Part shown: one piece after another, positions 1 through 8,243 of the stretch
Layout: every line of letters begins with the position of its first letter
Position numbering within the stretch: the stretch's first letter is position 1
Assembly: GCF_006345805.1 (NCBI RefSeq)
Contig: NW_021826939.1
Location: forward strand, 1 to 13,063
Length of the DNA: 13,063 bases
Source of the DNA: Octopus sinensis
Taxonomy: Eukaryota
Reading direction: 5' to 3'
The notes under the pieces: generated by a model
What the model was told of the DNA's origin: nothing
Seen by the model: only the letters and a program-made list of their open reading frames with translations
Database searches by the model: none
Program-made: the position numbers and the translations under genes

Positions 1-197
1 ATGAAGGGAAAGGTTACGGAAAAAAGTTACAGAAGAAAAGTATTTCGCTTTGGATATACTCTTTCATAAGATACAAAAAGAAAGTCCAGGAGAGAGCGGA
101 TAGATAATGAACAGAAGGCTGAAGACAAAAATGAAGAGAGAAAGGAACAAAATGTACGTGGCCTAGGTTAGGTTCACATAAAAATGTAGTTTTGTAT

Positions 198-255
198 GTG
201 TGTAAATGTATGTATGTATGTATAAAGACGTTTATGTATGGGCGTGTGTGTGTTG

Positions 256-291
<36 letters not shown>

Positions 292-436
292 ATTGAATAG
301 ACAGGGAGGTAAACCGAAGGAAAGTGACTATCTATAAGTGCATTCATGTATATATTTTATAAATTCTCACATACGCGCACACATACTTTCTCTTCTTCTC
401 AGTCTATCTCTCACACACATACACACACCCATAGAC

Positions 437-493
<57 letters not shown>

Positions 494-702
494 CAGCTAT
501 TTGTCTGTCTGTTTATCTATCTCTATATCTGTGTGTGTATGAAGACATACAAAATATACATATAGATACAAATATGGATATATATTATATATATAGATAT
601 ATATATATTATATATATATATATATATAATATATATTATATATATATATATATATTGTATGTATAAATGTATATCTTCGTACGCACACGCGATCATATAT
701 AT

Positions 703-743
<41 letters not shown>

Positions 744-745
744 AC
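198..745. repeat. Compound microsatellite cluster: (GT)n, (CA)n, (GATA)n, (TA)n, (CA)n
   Basis: Directly visible: (GT)n ~245-290, (CA)n ~412-430, (GATA)n ~432-492, (TA)n ~575-665, (CA)n ~705-745. ORF 523..894 is mostly a translation of these repeats. Confidence 0.95.
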
Positions 746-904
746 ACGGCGGTGTGACATTGTTCAAATAGGAAAAGTAAGACCGATTCATGTCCGGGTA
801 GATTTATTGCATAACGCCATAATGACATAACCACAGACCTCCACACCTGTGCACAGGTGTGGATCAAACAAGGCGTTTCGGTTACTGCTATCACTCTCCT
901 ATTG

Positions 905-1367
905 TTCGCTTTGCTGTTGTCTTTCTTGCTTATACTTGTTGTTCTTCTTATTGTTATCGTTGTTACTTTGGTAGTGGTGAAGATGGCGGCGGCAGCGGTG
1001 AAGGCGCTGGTGGTGGTGGCGGCGGTGGCGGCGGCGGCGGTGGTGGTGGTGGTGGTGGTGGTGGTGATGGTGGCGGCGGCGCTGAACTGTCACTTGTTAA
1101 TATAGTTGGTCGTTGGGTTTTTTTTTCTTCAAATTGTTGCTGTTTTTGTTTATTATTGTTGTTTGTCTATTTGTCTATTTGTTTGTTTGTTGTTATTTTC
1201 TCTTTTAATCATTATTGTCTTGCCAGAATGATGATGATGATGATGATGATGATGACGACGATGATGATGATGACGATGATGACAATGATGATGACGACGA
1301 CGGTGATGTGGTTGATGACGACGGCTACGACGACGATGATAGTAGCAGCGATGACGACTTTTGTGAC

Positions 1368-1409
<42 letters not shown>

Positions 1410-1965
1410 AGTGTTGGTGGTGGTGGTGGTGGGGTATGTGGTGGTGGTGGTGGTGGTGATGATGATGTGGTGATGGTGGTGGTGGTGATGATGATGATGG
1501 TGATGATGATAGTGTTGTTGGTGGTGGTGGGGTATGTGGTGGTGTTGGTGGTGATTATAATGATGGTGATGTTGGTGGTGGTGGTGGTGGTGATGGTGGT
1601 GATGGTGCTGGTGATGATGGTGCTGGTGATGATGATGATAAGGAGGAGGAGGAGGGGAAATGGATAATGGTGAAAATGATGACAATGACGTTGGCTACAG
1701 CAACAACAACGTCTCAGACAATGACGACGACAATGAGGAATATATGACGATGAAGATGATGACGATGACGAGTGCGAGGAAGACCTTGACGACGGTGATG
1801 ACGGCGACAATGACGACGGAAGTGACGATGCTGCCGCTGCTGCTGTGCTGCTGCTGTTGATGACGACGACGACGACGAGCGTATTCACTAAGACGATGAT
1901 GATGACTGCGATGTCACCGACAATTACTACCACGACCACCACCACGAACACGACGACGACCACTA
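905..1965. repeat. Long compound trinucleotide low-complexity tract (GGT/GGC/TTG/GAT/GAC/CAC)
   Basis: Successive blocks of GGT/GGC, TTG, GAT/GAC, GGT/GAT and GAC/CAC triplets. Overlapping ORFs on both strands give homopolymeric peptides (poly-G, D, V, M, H, T), as expected from triplet repeats. Confidence 0.9.
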
Positions 1966-2212
1966 CAAAAAAATCCGATGTTTAGCCCCAGGTCAGACGT
2001 AAATATTCAGACCGATTATCAATGGCGTTCCAGTCGTAACTACACATCTCATGGTATCCCATATCAATAACTAGAGTGTTTAATTTATCTTTCGCTTTAT
2101 TTCCTTGTCGGAATTTTGTTATTTGAGGGGGATTTGACTATTATATTTAATAGGTCAAAAGACAACGCGAATGTTATTTCATTGACTTGATATCCTTTTA
2201 GCTTTAAATGCT

Positions 2213-2386
2213 CTACATTATTTACATTATTTACATTTGATGGATATTTGTCCTCATCTTGTTTGTTATTAACACACCATTTCGGCTGATATACCCTCCA
2301 GCCTTCATCAGGTGTCTTGGGGAAATTTCAAACCTAGGTTCTCATTCGTGAGGTATTTTTGGATGTTGTTGTTGTTATTGTTGTTG

Positions 2387-2442
<56 letters not shown>

Positions 2443-2568
2443 TATATTATTATTATATTATTATTATTATTATTGTTTATTATTATTATTCAGGTCACTG
2501 CCTGGAATCGAACTCGGAATCTTGGGGTTAGGGTTAGTAGCCCGCGCTTTTAACCACTACACCATATG
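2213..2568 (-). mobile_element. tRNA-derived SINE with internal (TAA)n tract and hammerhead-containing 3' tail
   Basis: Minus strand: A box TGGTGTAGTGG (2554-2564), anticodon-like loop CTACTAA, B box GAGTTCGATTCC (2504-2515), (TAA/CAA)n tract ~2366-2490, then a tail ending in tandem ATGTAAATA units. The tail has a second copy at ~12700-12863 (+). Confidence 0.8.
2271..2316 (-). ncRNA. Minimal type-I hammerhead ribozyme motif (degenerate at the cleavage triplet)
   Basis: Minus: GACAC-CUGAUGA-A-GGCUG(gaggguauau)CAGCC-GAAA-UGGU-GUGUU. Core, 5-bp stem II and stem I are present, but position 16.1 is G rather than U. Confidence 0.65.
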
Positions 2569-3049
2569 AAATAGTTTTTTCTAAATTTGATGAAGGATCC
2601 TGCCTAAACCATCATATATTTTCTCTTCCTCACACAGCAAAGCAGTATATAAAATGGGGTAGTTTTTGGTATTGAAGAATTGAGTTATTTCACCGCGTTT
2701 TATGAAAAGTATCGGTACTTTTGGTCATCTCCCCCCACTAAAAAAAATTGTTTATCTCTCAATAAAACAAACAAAAAAATGAAGAAAATTAATAAACACG
2801 AAATTGAAAAGATTAAAAATCTTATTGAATCAAATAGTATTTTTATAACAAATCATATCATGCCTATTGACGGGGCCAAAGGTCAACAATGTGTTAAAGT
2901 ATTGAATCATAAGGATCTAAACCCTTTTAATCTACTCTCTTGCCGCCTCATAAACTGTATTTTTTAATGGGGAGATAACCCAACTTTTTAATGGCAATGT
3001 TTTAATGGGGATGAGATAGCAAAAAAAGATCCTAAAATGGTACGTCAGT

Positions 3050-3310
3050 CGGCCTCATGGTCCTTGTGGAATAGTCATTGTGAGTAAAGGGGATCGCACT
3101 TGCGGAGAGCCATCTCCGCTTCGATAGCAGCGAGCAGACATGAGGCCCCGGTAGCCAAGAACGCCGGATGTGTCCACTGCCACAGGCTTGACCACAAACT
3201 CGTCAGAGATCAGTCGACACGTTGACAGTTTGCCCTTCTCTTGATGATGTTACACCAGCAACGTTCATCTGCTTATCTGTCGAGCTTTTCTACTTCCTTA
3301 AACAACAGCT
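3050..3310 (-). pseudogene. Highly decayed C-terminal restriction-like endonuclease fragment of a CRE-like non-LTR retrotransposon
   Basis: Minus-strand translation, with frameshifts and stops, gives ISDEFVVKPVAVDTSGVLG followed by MALRKCDPLYSQ*LFHK. This resembles the F-x-P-x-A-x-E-T-x-G-x-x-G ... GDPRE-x-x-WLFQR motifs of CRE-clade RLE domains. Recognised from memory only. Confidence 0.45.
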
Positions 3311-3427
3311 GTCCTGCCATATTAATAGTATTTGTTTTGCTTTCTTTAATACTGTATATTTTTGTTGTTGTTGCCGCTACTAATGTACTTTTGCCGTTAA
3401 AGTTTATAGTTTCTGTGTTACTATAGA

Positions 3428-3590
3428 CGCGGGAGTGGCTGTGTGGTAAGAAAATTGCTTCACATTAATATGGTTGCGGGTTCTTCTCCACATCTTGGAA
3501 CCTTGGGCAAGTGTCTTCTACTATAGGCTCCGGCCGACCAATGCCTTTTGAGTGGATTTGTTAGACAGAAACTGAAGGAAGCCTATATAA
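3428..3590 (+). mobile_element. tRNA-derived SINE, 5' part (same family as 12022-12412)
   Basis: A box TGGCTGTGTGG (3436-3446) and a degraded B box. The body ccttgggcaagtgtcttctactata...gagtggattt...gaaactgaaggaagcc matches the reverse complement of 12255-12412. It runs into (TA)n. Confidence 0.85.
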
Positions 3591-3964
3591 ATATATATAT
3601 ATATATATATATTTTATATATATATATAATATATACGTAATATAATATAAATAATATATAAATATATGCATATATACATACATATATGTACATACTTACA
3701 TATATATGTATATATAAATGCATATATACATATACAGGACATCAAAAAATTAGAGCACAATGAGAAACGAAAAAATAAAAGCAAAAACATAGAAACGATC
3801 TGTGGGGGAACAGCGAAAAAAACACAGAGACATGCAGCATAGAGAATATGCCCCTTCTTCAGTTGTCCCTGTTTCATCTACTCGGCGTTTTGAAGGAAGA
3901 GATACTACGCGACTTCATTGAAACAGTCCTTCTCACAAAAGCAAATTATATAAAATTGGGATTT

Positions 3965-4050
<86 letters not shown>

Positions 4051-4285
4051 TGTATATATAAACTTACTGTTAGCAAAAGTGGGCTGCGTGTGGATCAGTT
4101 ACACAACAATGATGAAATAGCATTATATACTAAAGAACGTACACATAGCTCATTCACAGAAGGACCAAAATTCTCCAGTATTTCGGTTGATAACTGAAGA
4201 AGAATCAGGGTTCTTCTGTGTTTGTCCTAAATATGTGCGTTTTTGTATTTAATGCATTTTTCATTGATACATACATACATAAATA

Positions 4286-4324
<39 letters not shown>

Positions 4325-4386
4325 TAGAGAGAGAGAGAGAGAGAAGAGAGAGAGATAGGTAGGTAGATAGATAGATACATATACAC

Positions 4387-4418
<32 letters not shown>

Positions 4419-4420
4419 CT
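3586..4420. repeat. Interrupted (TA)n, (TATG)n, (GA)n and (GT)n microsatellites separated by short repeat relics
   Basis: Visible tracts at ~3586-3735, ~3965-4058 and ~4290-4420. Confidence 0.85.
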
Positions 4421-4434
4421 GTGTGTCTGTTAAT

Positions 4435-4740
4435 TGCATTTGTATCTGTGTAACATTTCTCTGTTTATTTTTCGTCCTTGTTTTCGTATACGTTCGCTGC
4501 TTTCTTCCAAGGAATCAAATGCTCTTAGCTTATTTTTTCTTTGGAGTTGGCCAGATTGTAGCAACCTCGAGTATGTATAACCAGCCGAAATTGCAAAGAG
4601 GATCTGGGACTCGACTGAGGATAGAAAACTCCGAATGACCCGTCCTTGTTTTCCTTGCATCGTCTGTCTGGATATTTTGTCGTCCCTTTTTTATATCACG
4701 TAACTGTCTGGATGTTTTGCGTTCTTGCCCCATTTTTGTG
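4435..4740 (+). mobile_element. Interspersed repeat, copy 1 (family not assigned; strand arbitrary)
   Basis: Aligns over ~300 bp with the reverse complement of 10640-10936, roughly 80% identical by eye. Shared blocks include ttcgctgctttcttcc, atgctcttagctta, cagccgaaattgc, gactgaggatagaaaact and gaatgacccgtccttgttttc. Confidence 0.85.
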
Positions 4741-4747
4741 TGTATAT

Positions 4748-4897
4748 ATAGCATTAATAATGATAGTGAGAACGGAGATTTTTCACATCCATAAACATTA
4801 ATTGGCAATTATTTACAGCATATATGCTGTAAATAACTGTTAAACAAAATTTATGGATGTGAAAAATCTTCATTCCCTTTATCATTATTAATGCTAT
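4748..4897. mobile_element. ~150-bp foldback / MITE-like palindromic element
   Basis: Three nested perfect inverted blocks: 4748-4765/4880-4897 (18 bp), 4776-4795/4850-4869 (20 bp), and a 28-bp central palindrome at 4809-4836. Context is TA-rich. Confidence 0.75.
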
Positions 4898-5096
4898 TAA
4901 TTACTCTACGGAAAATATACAGTCCTGAACAAAACACACAGAGTTAACCAACCAGAGAAGTTATCGGTGTCTAATAAAATACACCCCCTCATTGTTAGCA
5001 CAAGTACTACAAACGGACCGTTGTGGTTAGCCGGCAGCTGAAACAGATTTGAGGGAAAATACGGTACCCGTCAGGGTAATATATCCATATAAACTC

Positions 5097-5128
<32 letters not shown>

Positions 5129-5131
<3 letters not shown>

Positions 5132-5358
5132 CTTTACTACCTACAATGGGGCTAAACACAGAGAGGACAAACAAGGACAGACAAACGGATTAAGTCGATT
5201 ATATCGACCTCAGTGCGTAACTGGTACTTATTTAATCGACCCCGAAAGGATGAAAGGCAAAGTTGACCTCGACGGAATTTGAACTCAGAATGTAGCGGCA
5301 GACGAAATACCGCTAAGCATTTCGCCCGGCGTGCTAACGTTTCTGCCAGCTCGCCGCC
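5129..5358 (-). mobile_element. Near full-length tRNA-derived SINE (second family)
   Basis: Minus head ggcgagctggcagaaacgttagc..., B box GAGTTCAAATTCC (5274-5286), central gcctttcatcctttcggggtcgat...aagtaccag block, tail ending in (TA)n. Degraded relatives lie at 7368-7454, 7822-7986 and 8045-8143. Confidence 0.85.
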
Positions 5359-5527
5359 ATATTTATATATATATATATATATATGGCTCCATAACTACCG
5401 TCTACGCTTTAACCTGGGATCCCTAGTAATCCGCTACAGCAGTTACCTAGCATACTTTATCGTTTACCTGCGAACTAAACCCCCATACTTTGTATATGTA
5501 TTTATGTATATATATATATAATATATA

Positions 5528-5575
<48 letters not shown>

Positions 5576-5687
5576 GTTTAATACTTGTTGTGCAAGACAT
5601 ACATACATATAAAGACATACAATAGAAATACAAAATGGCTGACGGTTAGTAAGGAGAGACACAAATAAGAAAGAAGGAAACAAAGGA

Positions 5688-5727
5688 CCACTGATGCGGT
5701 CACAGGAGTGTGACGAAAGAACTCTGG
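5688..5727 (+). ncRNA. Minimal type-I hammerhead ribozyme motif with an A9-to-C substitution
   Basis: CCA-CUGAUGC-G-GUCACA(GGAG)UGUGAC-GAAA-G(AA)C-U-C-UGG. It has a 6-bp perfect stem II, a 2-bp stem III (A-U, G-C), a CUC cleavage triplet and a 3-bp stem I. Confidence 0.6.
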
Positions 5728-5948
5728 CCGAAATAAGATTAAGATTAAAATAAAAAATAAATAACACTGAAGCAAAATAACACCAAATATATAGTACGTG
5801 TGTTTTTATTGGCTAAACTGGCAAAATGACCATTCCGAAATATAACAATATATTTGGAGTCAAACAAGAAGGGGTACGGTTGGACATATCTTTTTAAATT
5901 ACTACAGTTGTTTCCACGACAAACGTAGTTCTCCAGGTGTGCAGATAC

Positions 5949-6011
<63 letters not shown>

Positions 6012-6087
6012 TCATCAGAATGTAACCAGGTGTGTATCGTTGGTGATTTTCTTCTCCTCCGACTGCTCTTCTTTTGGACTTTCCTCT

Positions 6088-6122
6088 ATTTCTGAAGAAG
6101 AGCTCAGCTCGAAACGTTAAAT
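6088..6122 (+). ncRNA. Minimal type-I hammerhead ribozyme motif, canonical core, Penelope-type palindromic stem III
   Basis: AUUU-CUGAAGA-A-GAGC(UCA)GCUC-GAA-ACGU-U-AAAU. All conserved core nucleotides are present. Predicted cleavage is 3' of 6118 (GUU). Confidence 0.75.
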
Positions 6123-6169
6123 CCCCTTTCTTTCCTTTCCCGAGCGTCTGATAATACAGTACTTGTACA

Positions 6170-6292
6170 CATTGGCCTGCTCGCTTAGCCAGCGGGGTGG
6201 CGTCATTCGAAGGCTAAAAAAATGCGAACGCATTGTGCCCAGCGATGTGTAACAACATCTGATGGTCTGGTCGGTCACGTGATCACGTGATA
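6170..6292 (+). mobile_element. Probable retroposon 3' tail ending in tandem TCACGTGA units
   Basis: Locally GC-richer block ending ggTCACGTGATCACGTGA (6275-6290) directly before (TA)n. Short tandem-repeat tails are typical of SINE/LINE 3' ends. Family not assigned. Confidence 0.45.
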
Positions 6293-6325
6293 TATATATA
6301 TATATATATATGTATGTATATATAT

Positions 6326-6505
6326 ACTTTATTTAAAGCAGCAAAAATTCAACAAAACCTGTTACTCTGAGTTTCACGTTGCCGTTCATCGGACAGTTAG
6401 CAAAAACTGTCCGATGAACGGCAACGTGAACGGCAACATTACTCTAGCACTGGTATTTGAGTACTCTTTTTTCCACCTTGTTTCACATTTATGTGTTTAC
6501 TCCGG
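6326..6505. mobile_element. Penelope-like terminal-repeat relic with a partial inverted copy
   Basis: Perfect 26-bp inverted repeat 6373-6398/6405-6430 that duplicates a hammerhead core, inserted next to (TA)n. Partial inverted terminal repeats carrying minimal hammerheads are a known property of Penelope-like elements. Confidence 0.55.
6359..6396 (-). ncRNA. Minimal type-I hammerhead ribozyme motif with a U4-to-C variant
   Basis: Minus: CUGU-CCGAUGA-ACG(GCAA)CGU-GAA-ACUC(A)GAGU-A-ACAG. It has a 4-bp stem I, a GNRA-capped stem II, a near-palindromic stem III and a GUA cleavage triplet. Confidence 0.7.
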
Positions 6506-6618
6506 TATCAAATAGCACGGGCATTGCTAACATTTTCCAACGGTCAGTGATGGTTTTCCTCGGTTACGAATGGTCAGCCGTTATCTATCAGTTTTTTTAA
6601 ATATATCATCTAGCGCAT

Positions 6619-6699
6619 TTATATATATATATATATATATATATTTTTATAGAAAAATATATACTATGCATTTATTATAGATATATATATATATATATA

Positions 6700-6740
<41 letters not shown>

Positions 6741-6789
6741 TATGTATATATATATATACATGTATATATATATAGTATGTATATACATG

Positions 6790-6858
<69 letters not shown>

Positions 6859-6895
6859 GTATATGTATGTGTGTATGTATGTATGTGTGTGTATG
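6619..6895. repeat. Long interrupted (TA)n/(TATG)n microsatellite
   Basis: Directly visible. It is the source of the YIYI ORFs 6647..6898, 6700..7026, 6738..6968 and 6742..7071. Confidence 0.95.
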
Positions 6896-7142
6896 CAATA
6901 TGGATACAAGACGTCACTAACTGTGTAAACAACATGAAGTACGAAAAAATAACGAGTGAAATACACAAACAACGAGAGAAAAAATGGAAAACAGTAGAAG
7001 TAACACAAAGAAAGACCTTTCATCAATTGTTGGCTGTCTATCTGCTTCTCATTTCAAGCAACAAAGTCTAGTCTCCGGTTAATGTTTGTACCATATCTAT
7101 ATACACGCTCACACACAGGTACACATGTGTATATAAATAAAT

Positions 7143-7231
7143 ACATGGTTCCGGATTTAGTCCCACAGTGTGACATCTTGGGCATGCAACTTCTACTACA
7201 GCCTCACGCCAATCAATGCTTTGTGATTGGA
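7143..7231 (+). mobile_element. Degraded SINE fragment (family of 3428-3590 and 12022-12412)
   Basis: acatggttccggatttagtcccacagtgtgacatcttgggcatgcaacttctactacagcctc aligns with the head of the 12022-12412 copy. Confidence 0.65.
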
Positions 7232-7367
7232 GGAGAGGGCGAAGAAGGCGCTGCCTTTGGCGTCAAAGAGAAACGTGTCCGAGTCTATAACGAGGCGAAG
7301 ATGCAAGATGTACACATACATCTTTACATATACATAAATTTGTGTGTGTGTGTGTGTTCGCACTATG

Positions 7368-7454
7368 GCCGGATTTGAACTCAGAATATAATGACCCCGA
7401 AGAATCACTTCTAAGCAATTTTTCTGACGCTCTAACCATCTGCCACCTCGACGC
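7368..7454 (-). mobile_element. Degraded SINE head (family of 5129-5358)
   Basis: ggatttgaactcagaat matches the B-box region at 5274-5291. The head ends near tgccacctcgacgc. Confidence 0.6.
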
Positions 7455-7821
7455 TTCTATTTTTTATATTTTATTCTGAGAAATAAGAACTAATAAATAT
7501 GTACACACATATACGCACATACACACACGAACGGATACACATACACACATACTCATACACACACATACACACACATACACTCTCTCAACACAGGTGCAGA
7601 CAAGGAAGCTATTCTATAAATTCCACAAGAAATATCAGTTAAAACTTCCTCATATTATACACTAAGCTCTCATAAAACACGTACCTAAAATGCAGTCGTT
7701 GTCAATGGCCATGTCCGGAATGTCTTAGGTCATTACATTTGGGAAATGCGAACGTATATGAACCTGAACAGTAATCCTTTTTAGTATAGGAACAATGCGT
7801 GAAATTTTGCAGAAGGGCGCC

Positions 7822-7986
7822 AGTTGATTACATCGACACTAAACAAATGGAACTTTTTCTATGGACCCCGAATCGATAAAAGACAATGTCGACCTCGGTG
7901 GAATTAGAACTCAGAACGTAAAGCTGGAAGAGATGCGGGCGAAGCATTTTGTGCAGGCTGCTAATGATTCTGCCAAGCTCACGGCC
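7822..7986 (-). mobile_element. Degraded SINE (family of 5129-5358)
   Basis: gaccccgaatcgataaaagacaatgtcgacctcggtggaattagaactcagaacgta aligns with 5228-5294. Confidence 0.7.
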
Positions 7987-8044
7987 TTTCTTTCTACATT
8001 AGGCACAAGACCAGAATTTCGAGGGGAGGGGTGGGTGAGGGGTC

Positions 8045-8143
8045 TAGTAAATTACATCGCCCCCAATACTTGACTTGTACTTATTTCATCGATCTCAAAA
8101 TGATGAAAGGCAAATTTATCCTTGGTGGGATTTGCACTCAGAA
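8045..8143 (-). mobile_element. Degraded SINE fragment (family of 5129-5358)
   Basis: gtacttatttcatcgatctcaaaatgatgaaaggcaaatttatccttggtgggatttgcactcagaat aligns with 5224-5291. Confidence 0.65.
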
Positions 8144-8243
8144 TGGACCTGGATAATAATAATAATAATAATTATTATTATTATATTATTATTATTATTA
8201 TGCAAATAATAATAATAATTATTATGCAAAAAATGATGCAAAA

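Noticed and set aside
857-1963. Poly-Asp/Gly/His/Val ORFs resembling acidic biomineralisation or His-rich proteins
   Set aside because: Open frames occur on both strands and in several phases because triplet repeats lack stops. There is no non-repetitive domain or convincing splice context.
2524-2537. Telomere-like GGGGTTAGGGTTAG
   Set aside because: This is a 6-bp slippage duplication within the SINE anticodon arm, too short for an interstitial telomere.
2490-2568. Functional tRNA gene
   Set aside because: It has A/B boxes but no complete cloverleaf or acceptor stem, and it continues into SINE body.
2680-2967. 95-aa ORF, and likewise 10418..10636, 10938..11210 and 7082..7378
   Set aside because: No recognisable domain. 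Lengths are compatible with chance, or the ORFs are antisense to repeat relics.
3845-3930. Minus-strand CTGAAGA plus an 8-bp inverted repeat CTGTTTCA/TGAAACAG; similar partial cores near 4195, 6012 and 7020
   Set aside because: The core halves are not joined by a stem II and there is no NUH/stem I. At most these are decayed relics.
4615-4645. CTGAGGA...GAA motif (also at ~10735-10764 on the minus strand) as a hammerhead
   Set aside because: There is no GAAA with an A15.1-U16.1 pair and no stem I complementarity.
523-7071. Many YIYI/CVCV ORFs
   Set aside because: They are translations of (TA)n and (GT)n microsatellites.
7685-7763. Candidate 79-nt minus-strand exon (TTCAG|G ... AG|GTACGT)
   Set aside because: It has stops in all three frames and a weak pyrimidine tract. 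It could only be a non-coding exon, which cannot be supported without RNA data.
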